Below are positions 10,145 to 20,176 of a stretch of 64,000 nucleotides of DNA, in pieces. Numbering within the stretch: position 1 is the first letter of the stretch; every line of letters starts with the position of its first letter. The position numbers were made by a program, and so were the translations under genes. The notes under the pieces were generated by a model, which saw only the letters and a list, made by a program, of their open reading frames with translations, ran no database searches and was not told the origin of the DNA. Source of the DNA: Candidatus Bathyarchaeia archaeon (GTDB lineage: Archaea > Thermoproteota > Bathyarchaeia > Bathyarchaeales > Bathycorpusculaceae); NCBI GenBank assembly GCA_038883855.1, contig JAVZLH010000005.1:1-64000 (forward strand). Direction: 5' to 3'.

Positions 10145-11500
10145 TTGTCAAAGCTCTTTGGCAGCTCTGGAGTGCGAGGTTGGGTTAACGTTGATTTAAC
10201 GCCATTATTAGCGGCGAAGATAGGGTTGGCGGTTACCACATTTTCCAAAGCCAAAAAGGTGTTTGTAGCACGGGACACGAGGGTTTCTGGTTTAATGCTT
10301 GAGGACGCGCTTGTCTCTGGACTTTTGGCTGGAGGCGCTGACGTTGACTGTTTTGGGGTTTTGCCAACTCCTGTTTTAGCGTATTTGACTAAATATCTGG
10401 GTACTGATGCTGGTGTGATGATAACCGCTTCTCATAACCCCCCACAATACAATGGAATTAAAGTTTTTGGCGGAGACAGCGCATCCTACAGTGAAGAAAG
10501 CCAATATGAAATTGAAAAAATTGTCAGGGAGGAAAGCTTTAGGCTTGTTGATTGGAAGGGTGTCGGTAAAGCGTCATTGAAAAATGAAAGCCGCTCCTAT
10601 ATTGATTTTCTAAAAAAGAATGTTAAGCTCGAAAGAGAAGGGCGCGTTGTTGTTGACTGCGGATGCGGAGCAACCTACAATCTTGCACCAAAAACCCTAG
10701 CAGAATTAGGATGTAAAGTAACAGCCATAAACGCGCAACCAGACGGTTTCTTCCCAGCGAGAAGCCCAGAGCCAGACTCTGAATCCCTAAAACCACTAGC
10801 AAGAATTGTGAAAGAACTAAACGCAGACTTAGGAATAGCCTACGATGGAGATGGGGACAGAGCAGCCTTCATAGACGAGAAGGGCAATTTTGTAAGTTTT
10901 GACCATGTTTTGGCAGCTTACGCAGCCTACGCTTCTAAGAAGGCAAGAGGAGGGACTGTTGTGACAAATGTAGAGGCTTCCATGTGCATAGAAAGAATGG
11001 TGGAAGCTCGTGGAGGTAATGTCATGCGAACTAAAGTAGGCGACATCTACATTACAGAAGCAATAAAAAGGCACGGCGCTGTCTTCGGCGGAGAGCCATG
11101 CGGGGCATGGGTGCATCCACACTTCCACTACTGTCCAGACGGAATATTGTCATCAGTTTTACTTCTAAAAGCCTTAGAAGACGAAGGGAAAAGGTTAACA
11201 GAGTTTGTTTCCGAAGTGCCTCTCTATCCGGTTGTTAGAAAGAATGTTGCTTGCAAAAATGAGGCAAAATACAAAGTTGTTGAAGAAGTAGGGGAGAAAC
11301 TGAAGGCTGTCTTCCCAGACTATAAAGAATATTCAAATATTGATGGTGTGCGGTTGGCGTTTAAGAATGGGTGGGTTCTTGTTAGGGCTTCTGGGACGGA
11401 GCCGCTTATAAGGTTGACTGCTGAAGGTGAATCAATGGAAACAGCTAAAGAAATAATGGAAAAGAGTTTGAAATTGGTTAGAAGAATTGTTGGAGGATAG
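10145..11500 (+). CDS. glmM: Phosphoglucosamine mutase
   Basis: 'LFGSSGVRG', 'TASHNPPQYNG', 'DGDGDR', 'RASGTEP'; adjacent to glmU. Start placed at the TTG at 10145. Confidence 0.9.
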   Translation: MSKLFGSSGVRGWVNVDLTPLLAAKIGLAVTTFSKAKKVFVARDTRVSGLMLEDALVSGLLAGGADVDCFGVLPTPVLAYLTKYLGTDAGVMITASHNPPQYNGIKVFGGDSASYSEESQYEIEKIVREESFRLVDWKGVGKASLKNESRSYIDFLKKNVKLEREGRVVVDCGCGATYNLAPKTLAELGCKVTAINAQPDGFFPARSPEPDSESLKPLARIVKELNADLGIAYDGDGDRAAFIDEKGNFVSFDHVLAAYAAYASKKARGGTVVTNVEASMCIERMVEARGGNVMRTKVGDIYITEAIKRHGAVFGGEPCGAWVHPHFHYCPDGILSSVLLLKALEDEGKRLTEFVSEVPLYPVVRKNVACKNEAKYKVVEEVGEKLKAVFPDYKEYSNIDGVRLAFKNGWVLVRASGTEPLIRLTAEGESMETAKEIMEKSLKLVRRIVGG

Positions 11501-11505
11501 AAAAG

Positions 11506-12786
11506 GTGAAAGCTGTTGTTTTAGCAGCAGGAGAAGGTGTAAGACTTCAACCAATCACGGCAACAAGACCTAAACACTTAATAAAGCTTGGCGGAAAGCC
11601 AATACTTGAACATTGTTTGGACGCTTTAAAAGCTGCTGGAATAAAAGAGGCGTTAATTGTTGTCCATTACATGAGTGAGAAGATTCGTAATTATTTTGGG
11701 GATGGAAAAAATTTTGGCTTAAAGATTAAGTATATTGAGCAAGATGCAGTTAAAGGAACAGGCAATGCTATAGGCGCCGCTGAGTCACACGTAAAAGGCG
11801 AGTTTTTAGTAGTTTATGGGGATCTGCTCTTTACATCTGAAGCAATTAAAAGCGTGATTACTCTTCATAAAAAGGAGAAGCCAGCCGCTTCCATGGCTGT
11901 TGTTCCCGTAGAGAAGACAGAACATTATGGTATAGTGGAACTTGATAAAGATAATCGCGTAAGGAGAATAGTTGAAAAACCAAGCCGAGGCGAAGCCCCT
12001 TCGAAATTGGCAAACGCTGGCATTTACGTACTCACAGAAGAGATTTTCGACAAAATAAAGGAGACAGCGGTGTCAGTTAGGGGAGAGCAGGAAATAACAG
12101 ACACAATGTCAATGATGTTGAAAGAAGAAATGCCAGTCTTAGCCACCCAAATCCCCGCTGACGATTGGATAGACATTGGTAGACCATGGGACTTGCTTGA
12201 AGCAAACCGCTGGGTCTTGACAAGAATGAAGCATGAAGTTTATGGGCTTGTGGAGGAAGGGGCACACCTCATCGGACCAGTAACGGTGGCTAATAACGCC
12301 CGAATACGCTCTGGAGCGTACATCGAAGGGCCAGCGTTTATAGACGAGAAAAGCGACATAGGGCCAAACTGTTACATACGCTCATGCACAAGTATAGGCA
12401 AAGAGGTTCGCATAGGAAACGCTTGCGAAATAAAAAACAGCATAATTATGGATAAGGCGCATATAGGACATTTATCCTATGTAGGCGATAGTGTTATAGG
12501 TGAAAACTGCAACCTCGGGGCGGGAACAATAACAGCAAACTATAGATTTGATGCTAACACAATTAAAATGATGGTTAAAGATAAGGTTGTGGACAGTGAA
12601 AGGAAGAAGTTGGGAGTCTTTTTGGGTGATAATGTAAAAACTGGAATAAACGCGCTTTTCATGCCAGGCGTGAAAGTTGGAGCTAAAACTTGGGTTGGTC
12701 CAAACGTCGTTGTAGAAAGGGATTTGCCGCCTAATACTGTTGTGCTGGTGCGTCAAAGCTTTGAGAAAAAAGAATTAAAATTCTAA
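11506..12786 (+). CDS. glmU: Bifunctional sugar-1-phosphate nucleotidylyltransferase/acetyltransferase (archaeal GlmU)
   Basis: 'LAAGEGVRL...PK' nucleotidyltransferase domain plus hexapeptide repeats 'HLSYVGDSVIG...GAGTITAN'. Confidence 0.92.
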   Translation: MKAVVLAAGEGVRLQPITATRPKHLIKLGGKPILEHCLDALKAAGIKEALIVVHYMSEKIRNYFGDGKNFGLKIKYIEQDAVKGTGNAIGAAESHVKGEFLVVYGDLLFTSEAIKSVITLHKKEKPAASMAVVPVEKTEHYGIVELDKDNRVRRIVEKPSRGEAPSKLANAGIYVLTEEIFDKIKETAVSVRGEQEITDTMSMMLKEEMPVLATQIPADDWIDIGRPWDLLEANRWVLTRMKHEVYGLVEEGAHLIGPVTVANNARIRSGAYIEGPAFIDEKSDIGPNCYIRSCTSIGKEVRIGNACEIKNSIIMDKAHIGHLSYVGDSVIGENCNLGAGTITANYRFDANTIKMMVKDKVVDSERKKLGVFLGDNVKTGINALFMPGVKVGAKTWVGPNVVVERDLPPNTVVLVRQSFEKKELKF

Positions 12787-12832
12787 GTTTGAACTCCGAA
12801 AGTGTTAATAGGTATTATTTCTTTTTGATGTA

Positions 12833-13363
12833 ATGTTGAAAGAAGAAAATTTGTTGGCGCTCTTGAAGGAATTGCTTCGCAATTCGAAAAGAAGCGATAG
12901 GGAACCTGCTAAGGCAATTGGTTTATCTCAACCAACAGTGACTAGGCTTAGGAAGAATATTGGGAAATACGTTAAAAGTTACACAATCGTTCCAGATTTA
13001 AGTAGAATCGGTTATGAAATTTTGGCAATAACCTTTGCAAAGGCAACCATTTACAACAAGAAAAGGGTTGACGAAAAACTCACACTTGCTAAAGAATGGC
13101 TTATGAAACATCCAAACGTAATTTTCGCCTCAGATGGAGAAGGTTTAGGAAAAGACGCCGTCATGATTTCGTTTCATAAAGATTATTCAAAATACGCAGA
13201 TTTTATGCGAGAGTTTGTTGTCGAACTCGCAGACTTTGTTAGCGACGTTCAATCATTCCTTGTGAGCTTAAAAACAGGAGTTATACTAAAGCCATTTAAT
13301 TTGACATATCTGGCTGACGACGTCCAAACTTTACAATCTGCCACCGAGAAAACGTTTATTTAA
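12833..13363 (+). CDS. Lrp/AsnC family transcriptional regulator
   Basis: N-terminal HTH 'NSKRSDRE..KAIGLSQPTVTR' and 'YTIVPDLSRIGYEI'. Confidence 0.85.
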   Translation: MLKEENLLALLKELLRNSKRSDREPAKAIGLSQPTVTRLRKNIGKYVKSYTIVPDLSRIGYEILAITFAKATIYNKKRVDEKLTLAKEWLMKHPNVIFASDGEGLGKDAVMISFHKDYSKYADFMREFVVELADFVSDVQSFLVSLKTGVILKPFNLTYLADDVQTLQSATEKTFI

Positions 13364-13413
13364 AATCCTAAATAGTGGTTCTACAATTCCATATGCAGGG
13401 TGGAGGTTTAAAA

Positions 13414-13836
13414 GTGTCTGTGGCGCAAAGAAGGTTCTTCACGGAAGTTGCAGCATTAGTGGATAAAAATGTGATGGTTACAACCACAACAGGGAAAACG
13501 TATAGCGGTTCATTGATTGGCATAAACCCTGACACGTTAAGTCTTTGTTTAGCAGACGCAAAGGATGAGGAAGGCAGAACATTGCACAGGGTGTTTTTAA
13601 ACGGTAGAGCGGTAGCCCAAATAATAAGTGTGGAAAAACCCTTTGACCTAAAAGCCTTGGCAGACCGTCTTGAGAAAGTCTTTCCAACAATGGTTAAACT
13701 TTACGAGGATAAAGGGTTCATATGGGTTATGGACAAGGTTAAGGTAACAGACAAAGGTGTGGTTGAAGGTTCAGGGCCAGCTGCCGAACGCGTACAAAAA
13801 GTTTACGAGCAATTCATTAGCGAAATTAAGGGTTAG
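13414..13836 (+). CDS. Sm-like archaeal protein SmAP3 (Lsm with C-terminal extension)
   Basis: Sm fold 'GKTYSGSLIG...LSLCLADA...FLNG' plus a C-terminal domain 'VMDKVKV...GVVEGSGPAAERV'; GGAGG SD before the GTG. Confidence 0.88.
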   Translation: MSVAQRRFFTEVAALVDKNVMVTTTTGKTYSGSLIGINPDTLSLCLADAKDEEGRTLHRVFLNGRAVAQIISVEKPFDLKALADRLEKVFPTMVKLYEDKGFIWVMDKVKVTDKGVVEGSGPAAERVQKVYEQFISEIKG

Positions 13837-14585
13837 ACAAACCAGCGGAATTGCTGCTCCTCTTTCTTCTTTTCTTCTCCAACTGTTCTAATTATCCCAA
13901 AAGATTCCAATATTTTCTTTGTCTCCTCAGCCGCAGCTTCCAGCCTTGACAAGTCAACATTCAATTTTAAATGTTTGCAAAGCGCTGACAGAGCGTAACG
14001 TGCCCCGTTGGCATCGGGATACATACCTTGAGTTTCGACCAAAAGCGAAAAACCTCTGAAACCTCTTAATCTACCAAGCCCTATTAACAGACCAGCAACA
14101 CCGAATATTTGTCCAACCATAACTTTTGTTCCGAGGCTCAAGGCTTCTTCTAAGGTTTCAGGGTCTGATGCGGCACAGTAAATTGTTGGAATTTCTTTTA
14201 TTTCGTCTTGTTTGTATCCTCCCAATGTTATTAGAAAGCGGCAACCTAGTTCTTGGGCTATGTCCAAAACATGTCCGCAAAGCTCATATTGCCCAAAAGT
14301 CGTTAGGGCTTGTGTGTTTCCATACCAGATAATTAAATCACGTCCACCATTTGAGCTTTTATAATAGTAGAGTTCGTTTATCGGAGAACGTGCACCACCA
14401 GTTTCTGTTGTCACCGCCAAATCTTGAAAGGATGCAGATGAGATTTCAGCAAAAAGCTTAGCCTTTAACTCACTAATCAGGTGTAAGGCTGCAATGTTAG
14501 CTATGAACCCAATACCTGGTAATCCTTCAATTAAAACCGGGTTTTTAAGTTTCGGTTTTTCGTAAATCTCGATTATGCATGTCAT
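13833..14585 (-). CDS. PAC2 family proteasome assembly chaperone
   Basis: 'LIEGLPGIGFIANIA', 'ITLGG', 'IFGVAGLL...LLVET...PD'. Confidence 0.88.
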   Translation of the reverse strand: MTCIIEIYEKPKLKNPVLIEGLPGIGFIANIAALHLISELKAKLFAEISSASFQDLAVTTETGGARSPINELYYYKSSNGGRDLIIWYGNTQALTTFGQYELCGHVLDIAQELGCRFLITLGGYKQDEIKEIPTIYCAASDPETLEEALSLGTKVMVGQIFGVAGLLIGLGRLRGFRGFSLLVETQGMYPDANGARYALSALCKHLKLNVDLSRLEAAAEETKKILESFGIIRTVGEEKKKEEQQFRWFV

Positions 14586-14658
14586 TTTTAATTTTCCCTT
14601 TTTGCGTGCATGTAATGTGAGAAAAAGGGTATAAGTGTGTTTAGGTTGAATTGTGCGG

Positions 14659-14871
14659 CTAGAATTTAGTGAGAAGGCCTAACAAGACGCTGGCAACTTT
14701 GTCAACCATCTTCCTAAAGCCTGTTGGCAGAGTTCGCAAATAGACAAGTTCAGCGTTCGGTATAGCCTTAGCCAATATTGAACCGCTCTCAGGTGGAACG
14801 AGAATGTCGCGTTTGCCATACAGTACCAAGGTAGGCGTCTTAATATGCGGTAGCCTATCATAAGTGTTAAA
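14659..14871 (-). pseudogene. Remnant of the C-terminus of an alpha/beta hydrolase
   Basis: A frame with no plausible N-terminal start reads FNTYDRLPHIKTPTLVLYGKRDILVPPESGSILAKAIPNAELVY; the N-terminal two-thirds and the catalytic His region are lost. Confidence 0.75.
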
Positions 14872-14981
14872 CCCGCTATGACATCAAGGAAAACTGTCCT
14901 TCGTATAAAGTTAATGTAAGTTACAATAAGCCTTAGAGGATAGTTTTATTAGGATTGGGTTTGTTGATTTTAAGTTTAGCC

Positions 14982-16583
14982 ATGAGTTTTGAGGTAAAAG
15001 AAAAAGATTTGCTTGCAAGAATTGGAAGGTTAAAAACCAAAAGCGGTACTGTTGAAACCCCGCTGCTTTTTCCAGTTATAAACCCAGTTATGCAACTCGT
15101 ACCGCCTAGAAGACTTCGTGAAGATTTTGGCTTCAAAGCCCTAATAACAAACGCATACATACTAAAGAAACATTTCCAAAATCAGCCCGCAGAAAAGGGA
15201 ATACACAAATTCTTGGATTATGATGGAGTTGTAATGACGGATTCAGGTGCCTACCAAATCCTCGTTTACGGCGGCATAGAAAACAGCCCAGAGGAAATCG
15301 TCAAATATCAAGAACAGATAGGCGCTGACATAGCTACAATTTTGGATTTGCCAACAGGCTGGAAGTTTTCAAGAGAACATGCAGAAAAAACGGTGAAAGA
15401 AACTCTAAGTCGGGCTAAACAGTTCTTCAACATAAAAACTAGAGATGATATTTTGTGGGTTGGTCCCGTTCAGGGTGGAAGACACCTGGACCTTGTGGCA
15501 TACTCAGCTGCTGAAATGGGAAAACTGCCATTCCACATTTATGCTCTGGGAAGCCCAACAGAGGTTATGGAACGCTACCGTTTTGATGTGTTAGTTGACA
15601 TGATAATGACGGCTAAAATGAATCTTCCGTTGGATAAACCGCTTCACCTTTTCGGGGCTGGTCATCCCTTCATGTTTTCTTTGGCTGTGGCTCTCGGATG
15701 CGACTTTTTCGATTCTGCAGCCTACGCCATATACGCCAGAGAAGACCGTTACATGACTGAAACTGGCACTTTAAGGCTAAAAGAACTTGAATATTTCCAG
15801 TGCCCATGTCAAAACTGCACAAGCAAAACGCCTAAACAAGTTTTGGAAATGCCAAAAGAAAAACGCCAAATCTTCCTCGCAGAACACAACCTTCACGTTT
15901 GCATTTCAGAGCTAAACCGCATAAAACAAGCCATAAAAGATGGGCGTTTATGGGAACATTTGGAAGTGAGGGCGCGTGGACACCCAACGCTGCTTCAAGC
16001 CCTAAAAAAATTGAAGAAATACAGCGATTTCATCGAAAAGCACAGTCCAGCAACAAAAAACAGCGGACTATTTTTCTTTGACTCTCTTGGGCTTATCAGA
16101 CCAGAGGTTGTGAGGCATAAGCGAAAACTCACAGAGAGATATACGCCTCCAAAAGATGCGGAGGTTCTTTTGCTTATGCCGCAAACCCAAAGCAAACCCT
16201 TTCACAAAGCAAAAGAATTTAGGAAAAACAAAAAGCTGCTCGAAAAAATGTTAAAAACAGACTTAGGCAAGGTTCACGTGTGTTTTTACGCTGCTCCTTT
16301 CGGTGTTGTTCCAATAGAGCTTGACGAGGTCTATCCGCTTTCACAGCATGAAACTGTGTTTCCACTTGACATGGAAACAATAATGCATGTATCTAACGAT
16401 ATCACGGAATACATTAACCGAACAAGTTACAAGACAATAATGCTTATCAATGACCCAGAAAAATGGAACAACACAGTTTTAAAAGCATGCAGGAAAGCTT
16501 GCAAACAAAAAGGTATCAAGTTCAAAGCTGGAAACATGAAAAGTTTAGGCTCTTCCAAGGAAACAACTTATAGCAATTTCTGA
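14982..16583 (+). CDS. tgtA: Archaeal tRNA-guanine(15) transglycosylase
   Basis: 'ITNAYI', 'MTDSGAYQ', 'HLFGAGHP', 'FDSAAYA', Zn site 'CPCQNC...HNL'. Confidence 0.95.
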   Translation: MSFEVKEKDLLARIGRLKTKSGTVETPLLFPVINPVMQLVPPRRLREDFGFKALITNAYILKKHFQNQPAEKGIHKFLDYDGVVMTDSGAYQILVYGGIENSPEEIVKYQEQIGADIATILDLPTGWKFSREHAEKTVKETLSRAKQFFNIKTRDDILWVGPVQGGRHLDLVAYSAAEMGKLPFHIYALGSPTEVMERYRFDVLVDMIMTAKMNLPLDKPLHLFGAGHPFMFSLAVALGCDFFDSAAYAIYAREDRYMTETGTLRLKELEYFQCPCQNCTSKTPKQVLEMPKEKRQIFLAEHNLHVCISELNRIKQAIKDGRLWEHLEVRARGHPTLLQALKKLKKYSDFIEKHSPATKNSGLFFFDSLGLIRPEVVRHKRKLTERYTPPKDAEVLLLMPQTQSKPFHKAKEFRKNKKLLEKMLKTDLGKVHVCFYAAPFGVVPIELDEVYPLSQHETVFPLDMETIMHVSNDITEYINRTSYKTIMLINDPEKWNNTVLKACRKACKQKGIKFKAGNMKSLGSSKETTYSNF

Positions 16584-16615
16584 ACAACTTTTCATAAAAT
16601 CATGAGTGAATTAAA

Positions 16616-17221
16616 GTGATTCGCGCAGACCTACATGTTCACACAACACATTCATTTGACGCGTTAATCCATCCAAAAACCCTAGTGGACCAGCTCTACG
16701 CACATCCGTTTATTAAAGCCATAGCCGTGACAGACCACAACACAGTCGAAGGCTACTACAAAGTGTGCGAATTAGCCGCCCCATACAAAGACATTTTAAT
16801 AATTCCAGGAGTTGAAGTAGCCACCACCGAAGGAGATTTAATAGTTTTAGGCGTTGCGGAACTGCCGCCTGAACCATGGACTGTTCAAAACGTAATAGAT
16901 TTCACAAGAGAAAAAGACGGCGTAGTCATAGCCGCACACCCTTACAGAATTTATGGCTTGGGTGACGCTGTTAAAAAATACAATGTAGACGCCATAGAAG
17001 TCCTAAATGGCGCTTCGCCACCATATACAAACAAAAAAGCTGAAAACTTAGCTAGGGAGTTGAGGTTGCCGGGCGTTGCTGGTAGCGACGCCCACACGGT
17101 AAGTGAGTTGTGGACTGTTTACACGGAAATTCAAGCCTCCTTAGACGTTAACGAAGTTTTAAAGACCATAAAAATGGGGTTGATTAAGGCTTCTCCGATT
17201 AGAAGGTCAATACATTTTTAA
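16616..17221 (+). CDS. PHP domain metal-dependent phosphoesterase
   Basis: 'DLHVHT', 'AVTDHN', 'AAHPY', 'GSDAH'. Confidence 0.9.
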   Translation: MIRADLHVHTTHSFDALIHPKTLVDQLYAHPFIKAIAVTDHNTVEGYYKVCELAAPYKDILIIPGVEVATTEGDLIVLGVAELPPEPWTVQNVIDFTREKDGVVIAAHPYRIYGLGDAVKKYNVDAIEVLNGASPPYTNKKAENLARELRLPGVAGSDAHTVSELWTVYTEIQASLDVNEVLKTIKMGLIKASPIRRSIHF

Positions 17222-17262
17222 AAGAGCAAAATGCATGATTAGGATTAGTGTAAAATAGTGAA

Positions 17263-18528
17263 GTGAGTCCATTGAAAATTAGGTTTTTAGGCGGAACCCG
17301 CGAGGTTGGAAGAATCGCGATAGCGGTGAACACGGAAAAAACGCAGGTGCTGCTTGACTACGGTGTCATGCTGAACCACGAACCAGGTTTTCCTATGCAT
17401 ATACCACCAAAAGAAGTTGATGCTATGGTGCTAACCCACAGTCACCTTGATCACTCGGGGGCAGCGCCCATTTTCTACGTCCACGACAAAAAACCCTTAT
17501 ACACAAATAAACTGAACCTGGAGTTAACCCAACTTTTAATTTCAGATTTCATCCACTTATCGGGTTATTATTTGCCATTCGAATATTTGGAACTGAGGTC
17601 CATGGCTAGAAGCATAAAGCATGTGGACTTCGGTGCTGAAGAGGAAATCGGAGACGTGAAACTTCAGTTCTTCAACGCTGGACACATACCTGGAAGCGCG
17701 CAAATAATCGCTGAGGCAGAAGGTAAAAGGGTGCTTTACACAGGCGACTTCAACACTATCGACACGAGACTTTTGAAAGGCGCCAAAATGGACTATGGCG
17801 ACCTAGACGCCGTTATAATTGAAAGCACCTACGCCGACGAAGACCATACAGAACGTTCAGAACTGGAAAAACGCCTAGTAAACGAAGCCACAGAAATTGT
17901 GGAAAGAGGCGGTACGGTTCTAATACCGGCCTTCGGAGTTGGAAGATCCCAAGAAATCGCGTGTGTTTTAGCCGCCCACCATTTTGAATACCCAGTCGCC
18001 ATAGATGGAATGGCACGCGAAGCAAGCAGGATAATGATGAATTACCAGCAGTTTCTCGGAGACCCTAAACTTTTCATGGACGCCATACATTCCGTCGACT
18101 GGGTTGAAGGCTGGAGAGACCGTAGAAAAGTGATAAAGAGGCCGGGAGTAATAATCGCTCCGGCTGGAATGCTTAAGGGCGGTCCGGCGGTTTTTTATAC
18201 ATCAAAAGTTGGTAAAAAAGCGAACAACGCAATTTTTCTGGTGAGTTATCAGATTCCTGGCACGCCTGGGAGGGAGCTGTTAGAGAAGGGTATATGTGTT
18301 ATTGACGGTAAGATGAGAAAGGTTAAGGCACGTGTGGAACATTTCGATTTTTCATCCCACTGCGGGGCGACGGAACTTAGGGAAGCAGTTAAAAGCCTTG
18401 GTGGAAAACCAAAGGTTTATGTTGTTCATGGCGCAGAGGGAAACTGTGAACTTTTCGCTAAGTGGATAAGGGAAGAATTAGGCTTAGAGGCTTCAGCTCC
18501 AAAAGCCGGGGACACCGTTGAGGTTTAG
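17263..18528 (+). CDS. Beta-CASP family metallo-beta-lactamase ribonuclease
   Basis: 'THSHLDHSG', 'AGHIPGS', 'YTGD', 'ESTY', 'GRSQE', 'FSSH', 'VVHG'; lacks the KH domains of aCPSF1. Confidence 0.9.
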   Translation: MSPLKIRFLGGTREVGRIAIAVNTEKTQVLLDYGVMLNHEPGFPMHIPPKEVDAMVLTHSHLDHSGAAPIFYVHDKKPLYTNKLNLELTQLLISDFIHLSGYYLPFEYLELRSMARSIKHVDFGAEEEIGDVKLQFFNAGHIPGSAQIIAEAEGKRVLYTGDFNTIDTRLLKGAKMDYGDLDAVIIESTYADEDHTERSELEKRLVNEATEIVERGGTVLIPAFGVGRSQEIACVLAAHHFEYPVAIDGMAREASRIMMNYQQFLGDPKLFMDAIHSVDWVEGWRDRRKVIKRPGVIIAPAGMLKGGPAVFYTSKVGKKANNAIFLVSYQIPGTPGRELLEKGICVIDGKMRKVKARVEHFDFSSHCGATELREAVKSLGGKPKVYVVHGAEGNCELFAKWIREELGLEASAPKAGDTVEV

Positions 18529-18535
18529 AGGAATT

Positions 18536-19087
18536 ATGCATATTGGAATTTTACGCATAGGTCAAGTAGACCAGCAAGTAATAAGCAGAATACTAGAAAA
18601 CTTGCGCATGGCTTTCCCTGAAGCTACATGCACGTTAATTGATGAAATATTACCAATACCCGAGGAAGCTTTGAACAGCGCAAGGCAACAGTACCACTCA
18701 GACTACATACTAAACAAAATCCGCGTTTACGCCGAGAAACAAAAAGACTTCGACAAAATTTTGGGGATAATCGACGCTGACATATTCGTGCCAAACTTAA
18801 ATTTTGTGTTCGGAGAAGCGGAATGCCCTGGGAAAGCGGCTTTGATAAGTTTGCGGAGGCTTAGACCAGAATATTACGGAAGCCCTCCAAAAAATGAACT
18901 TTTTATAGAAAGAGGTGCAAAGGAGGCTTTACATGAGCTTGGACACACTTTTGGTTTGAGACATTGCTCTAACCCTTTTTGCGTTATGTATTTCTCCAAT
19001 TCGATTTTCGAAACTGACAGGAAACAAAGCTTATTCTGCAACAAATGCGTCATAAAACTTGAAAAAGCCTTAGAAAATCTTGGGTGA
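18536..19087 (+). CDS. amzA: Archaemetzincin Zn-dependent metalloprotease
   Basis: 'HELGHTFGLRHC...CVM...FCNKC' and 'LNFVFGEA'. Confidence 0.92.
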   Translation: MHIGILRIGQVDQQVISRILENLRMAFPEATCTLIDEILPIPEEALNSARQQYHSDYILNKIRVYAEKQKDFDKILGIIDADIFVPNLNFVFGEAECPGKAALISLRRLRPEYYGSPPKNELFIERGAKEALHELGHTFGLRHCSNPFCVMYFSNSIFETDRKQSLFCNKCVIKLEKALENLG

Positions 19088-19919
19088 AAAGGCTTTGAGT
19101 GAGAAGTTTAAGGCAAGGCCGGTCCATTTGGCGCCAGTTTTGGCAAGCCTACTTTTTGGTGTTTTCTGCGCTTTTTTGATTTCAACCTCTTCTATGGAGA
19201 CGTATAAGATTACCCCGTTCCAAGAAGATGTTTTCTTCGGGTCTTTCGGTAACGCCCTTTATTTCGTTATTCTCGTCGGCGTTGGCGCATCGCTGCTATA
19301 TCTCCTTATAAAACGGGGAAACCGTAAATTGATTAACTTGATTACGGGATTTGCTTTAACAATAGCTGTTTTCATGCTATGTGTTGTTTATTTACTCGCA
19401 GCGCTTTCAAGAATCGCCTTCCCATACCTGGAAGTTTTAACCTTAACTTTGTCTCTAATACTAACCGTGTCTTCAAGCCTCGTAATATTCCGATTTGGCG
19501 GCAAGGTTTGCGATATTCTAATCATTCTTTTAGGAGGAGCCCTAGGAACATTTTTGGGAGTTTCAATACAGACACTAAGCACCATAACGATTCTGGTTTT
19601 TCTGGCAGTTTATGACGCCTTCACAGTCTATTACGGGCCTGTTGGAAAAATGGCTCGCATAGGACTTGAGCAATTCCGTGGATTAAGTTACTCCTTTAGA
19701 GGCATTCAAATGGGGCTTGGTGATCTGACATTTTATTCTATGCTTTCTGGGCACATGTTTCTAAACTTCGGCTTTACACCATGCATAGCCTCTATTCTCG
19801 GAGTCCTGCTTGGGTGTTTGTTGGTTTTTAAGATACTTGAGAAGAAGGGAATGTTTCCTGGACTTCCATTTCCTGTGCTATTCGGTTTGGCCTTTGGTTT
19901 TCTCGCTTCGCTTTTATGA
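19080..19919 (+). CDS. Presenilin-like intramembrane aspartyl protease
   Basis: About 9 TM helices, 'AVYDAF', 'MGLGDL' (GxGD), PAL-like 'PGLP'. Confidence 0.85.
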   Translation: MGEKALSEKFKARPVHLAPVLASLLFGVFCAFLISTSSMETYKITPFQEDVFFGSFGNALYFVILVGVGASLLYLLIKRGNRKLINLITGFALTIAVFMLCVVYLLAALSRIAFPYLEVLTLTLSLILTVSSSLVIFRFGGKVCDILIILLGGALGTFLGVSIQTLSTITILVFLAVYDAFTVYYGPVGKMARIGLEQFRGLSYSFRGIQMGLGDLTFYSMLSGHMFLNFGFTPCIASILGVLLGCLLVFKILEKKGMFPGLPFPVLFGLAFGFLASLL

Positions 19920-20093
19920 GCTTGACAGAACCAAGCGTGTGGAGTTAACGTCAACTTCCACAATTTTGCTGTTTTTGAACTCCTTAGATTTTCCAAGCAC
20001 GTCTTTTACTATTACCTTGTCGCTTTCCACTTTGGCATAAACTACGTCTTTGAAAACGGTTTTTCCGTTAAGGATTACATTGAACTCGCACAT
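19914..20093 (-). CDS. CooT family nickel-binding protein (59 aa, not in the ORF track)
   Basis: Translates as MCEFNVILNGKTVFKDVVYAKVESDKVIVKDVLGKSKEFKNSKIVEVDVNSTRLVLSSS; the MCE start and 'DVLG' match CooT. Confidence 0.85.
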   Translation of the reverse strand: MCEFNVILNGKTVFKDVVYAKVESDKVIVKDVLGKSKEFKNSKIVEVDVNSTRLVLSSS

Positions 20094-20176
20094 TCTTCAT
20101 CACATCAACATTAACATACAAACTATTATAAAACTGTTTAGAAACAAGGCGTGTATTCAACAAAAAGTAAAAGAAT

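Noticed and set aside
12890-12915. Pro in the Lrp HTH (SDREPAK instead of SDRELAK) as inactivation
   Set aside because: A single substitution cannot be interpreted without orthologs or reads.
14640-14930. Possible structured ncRNA (RNase P or SRP) in a long intergenic gap
   Set aside because: No RNase P or SRP consensus; the minus strand encodes a hydrolase remnant.
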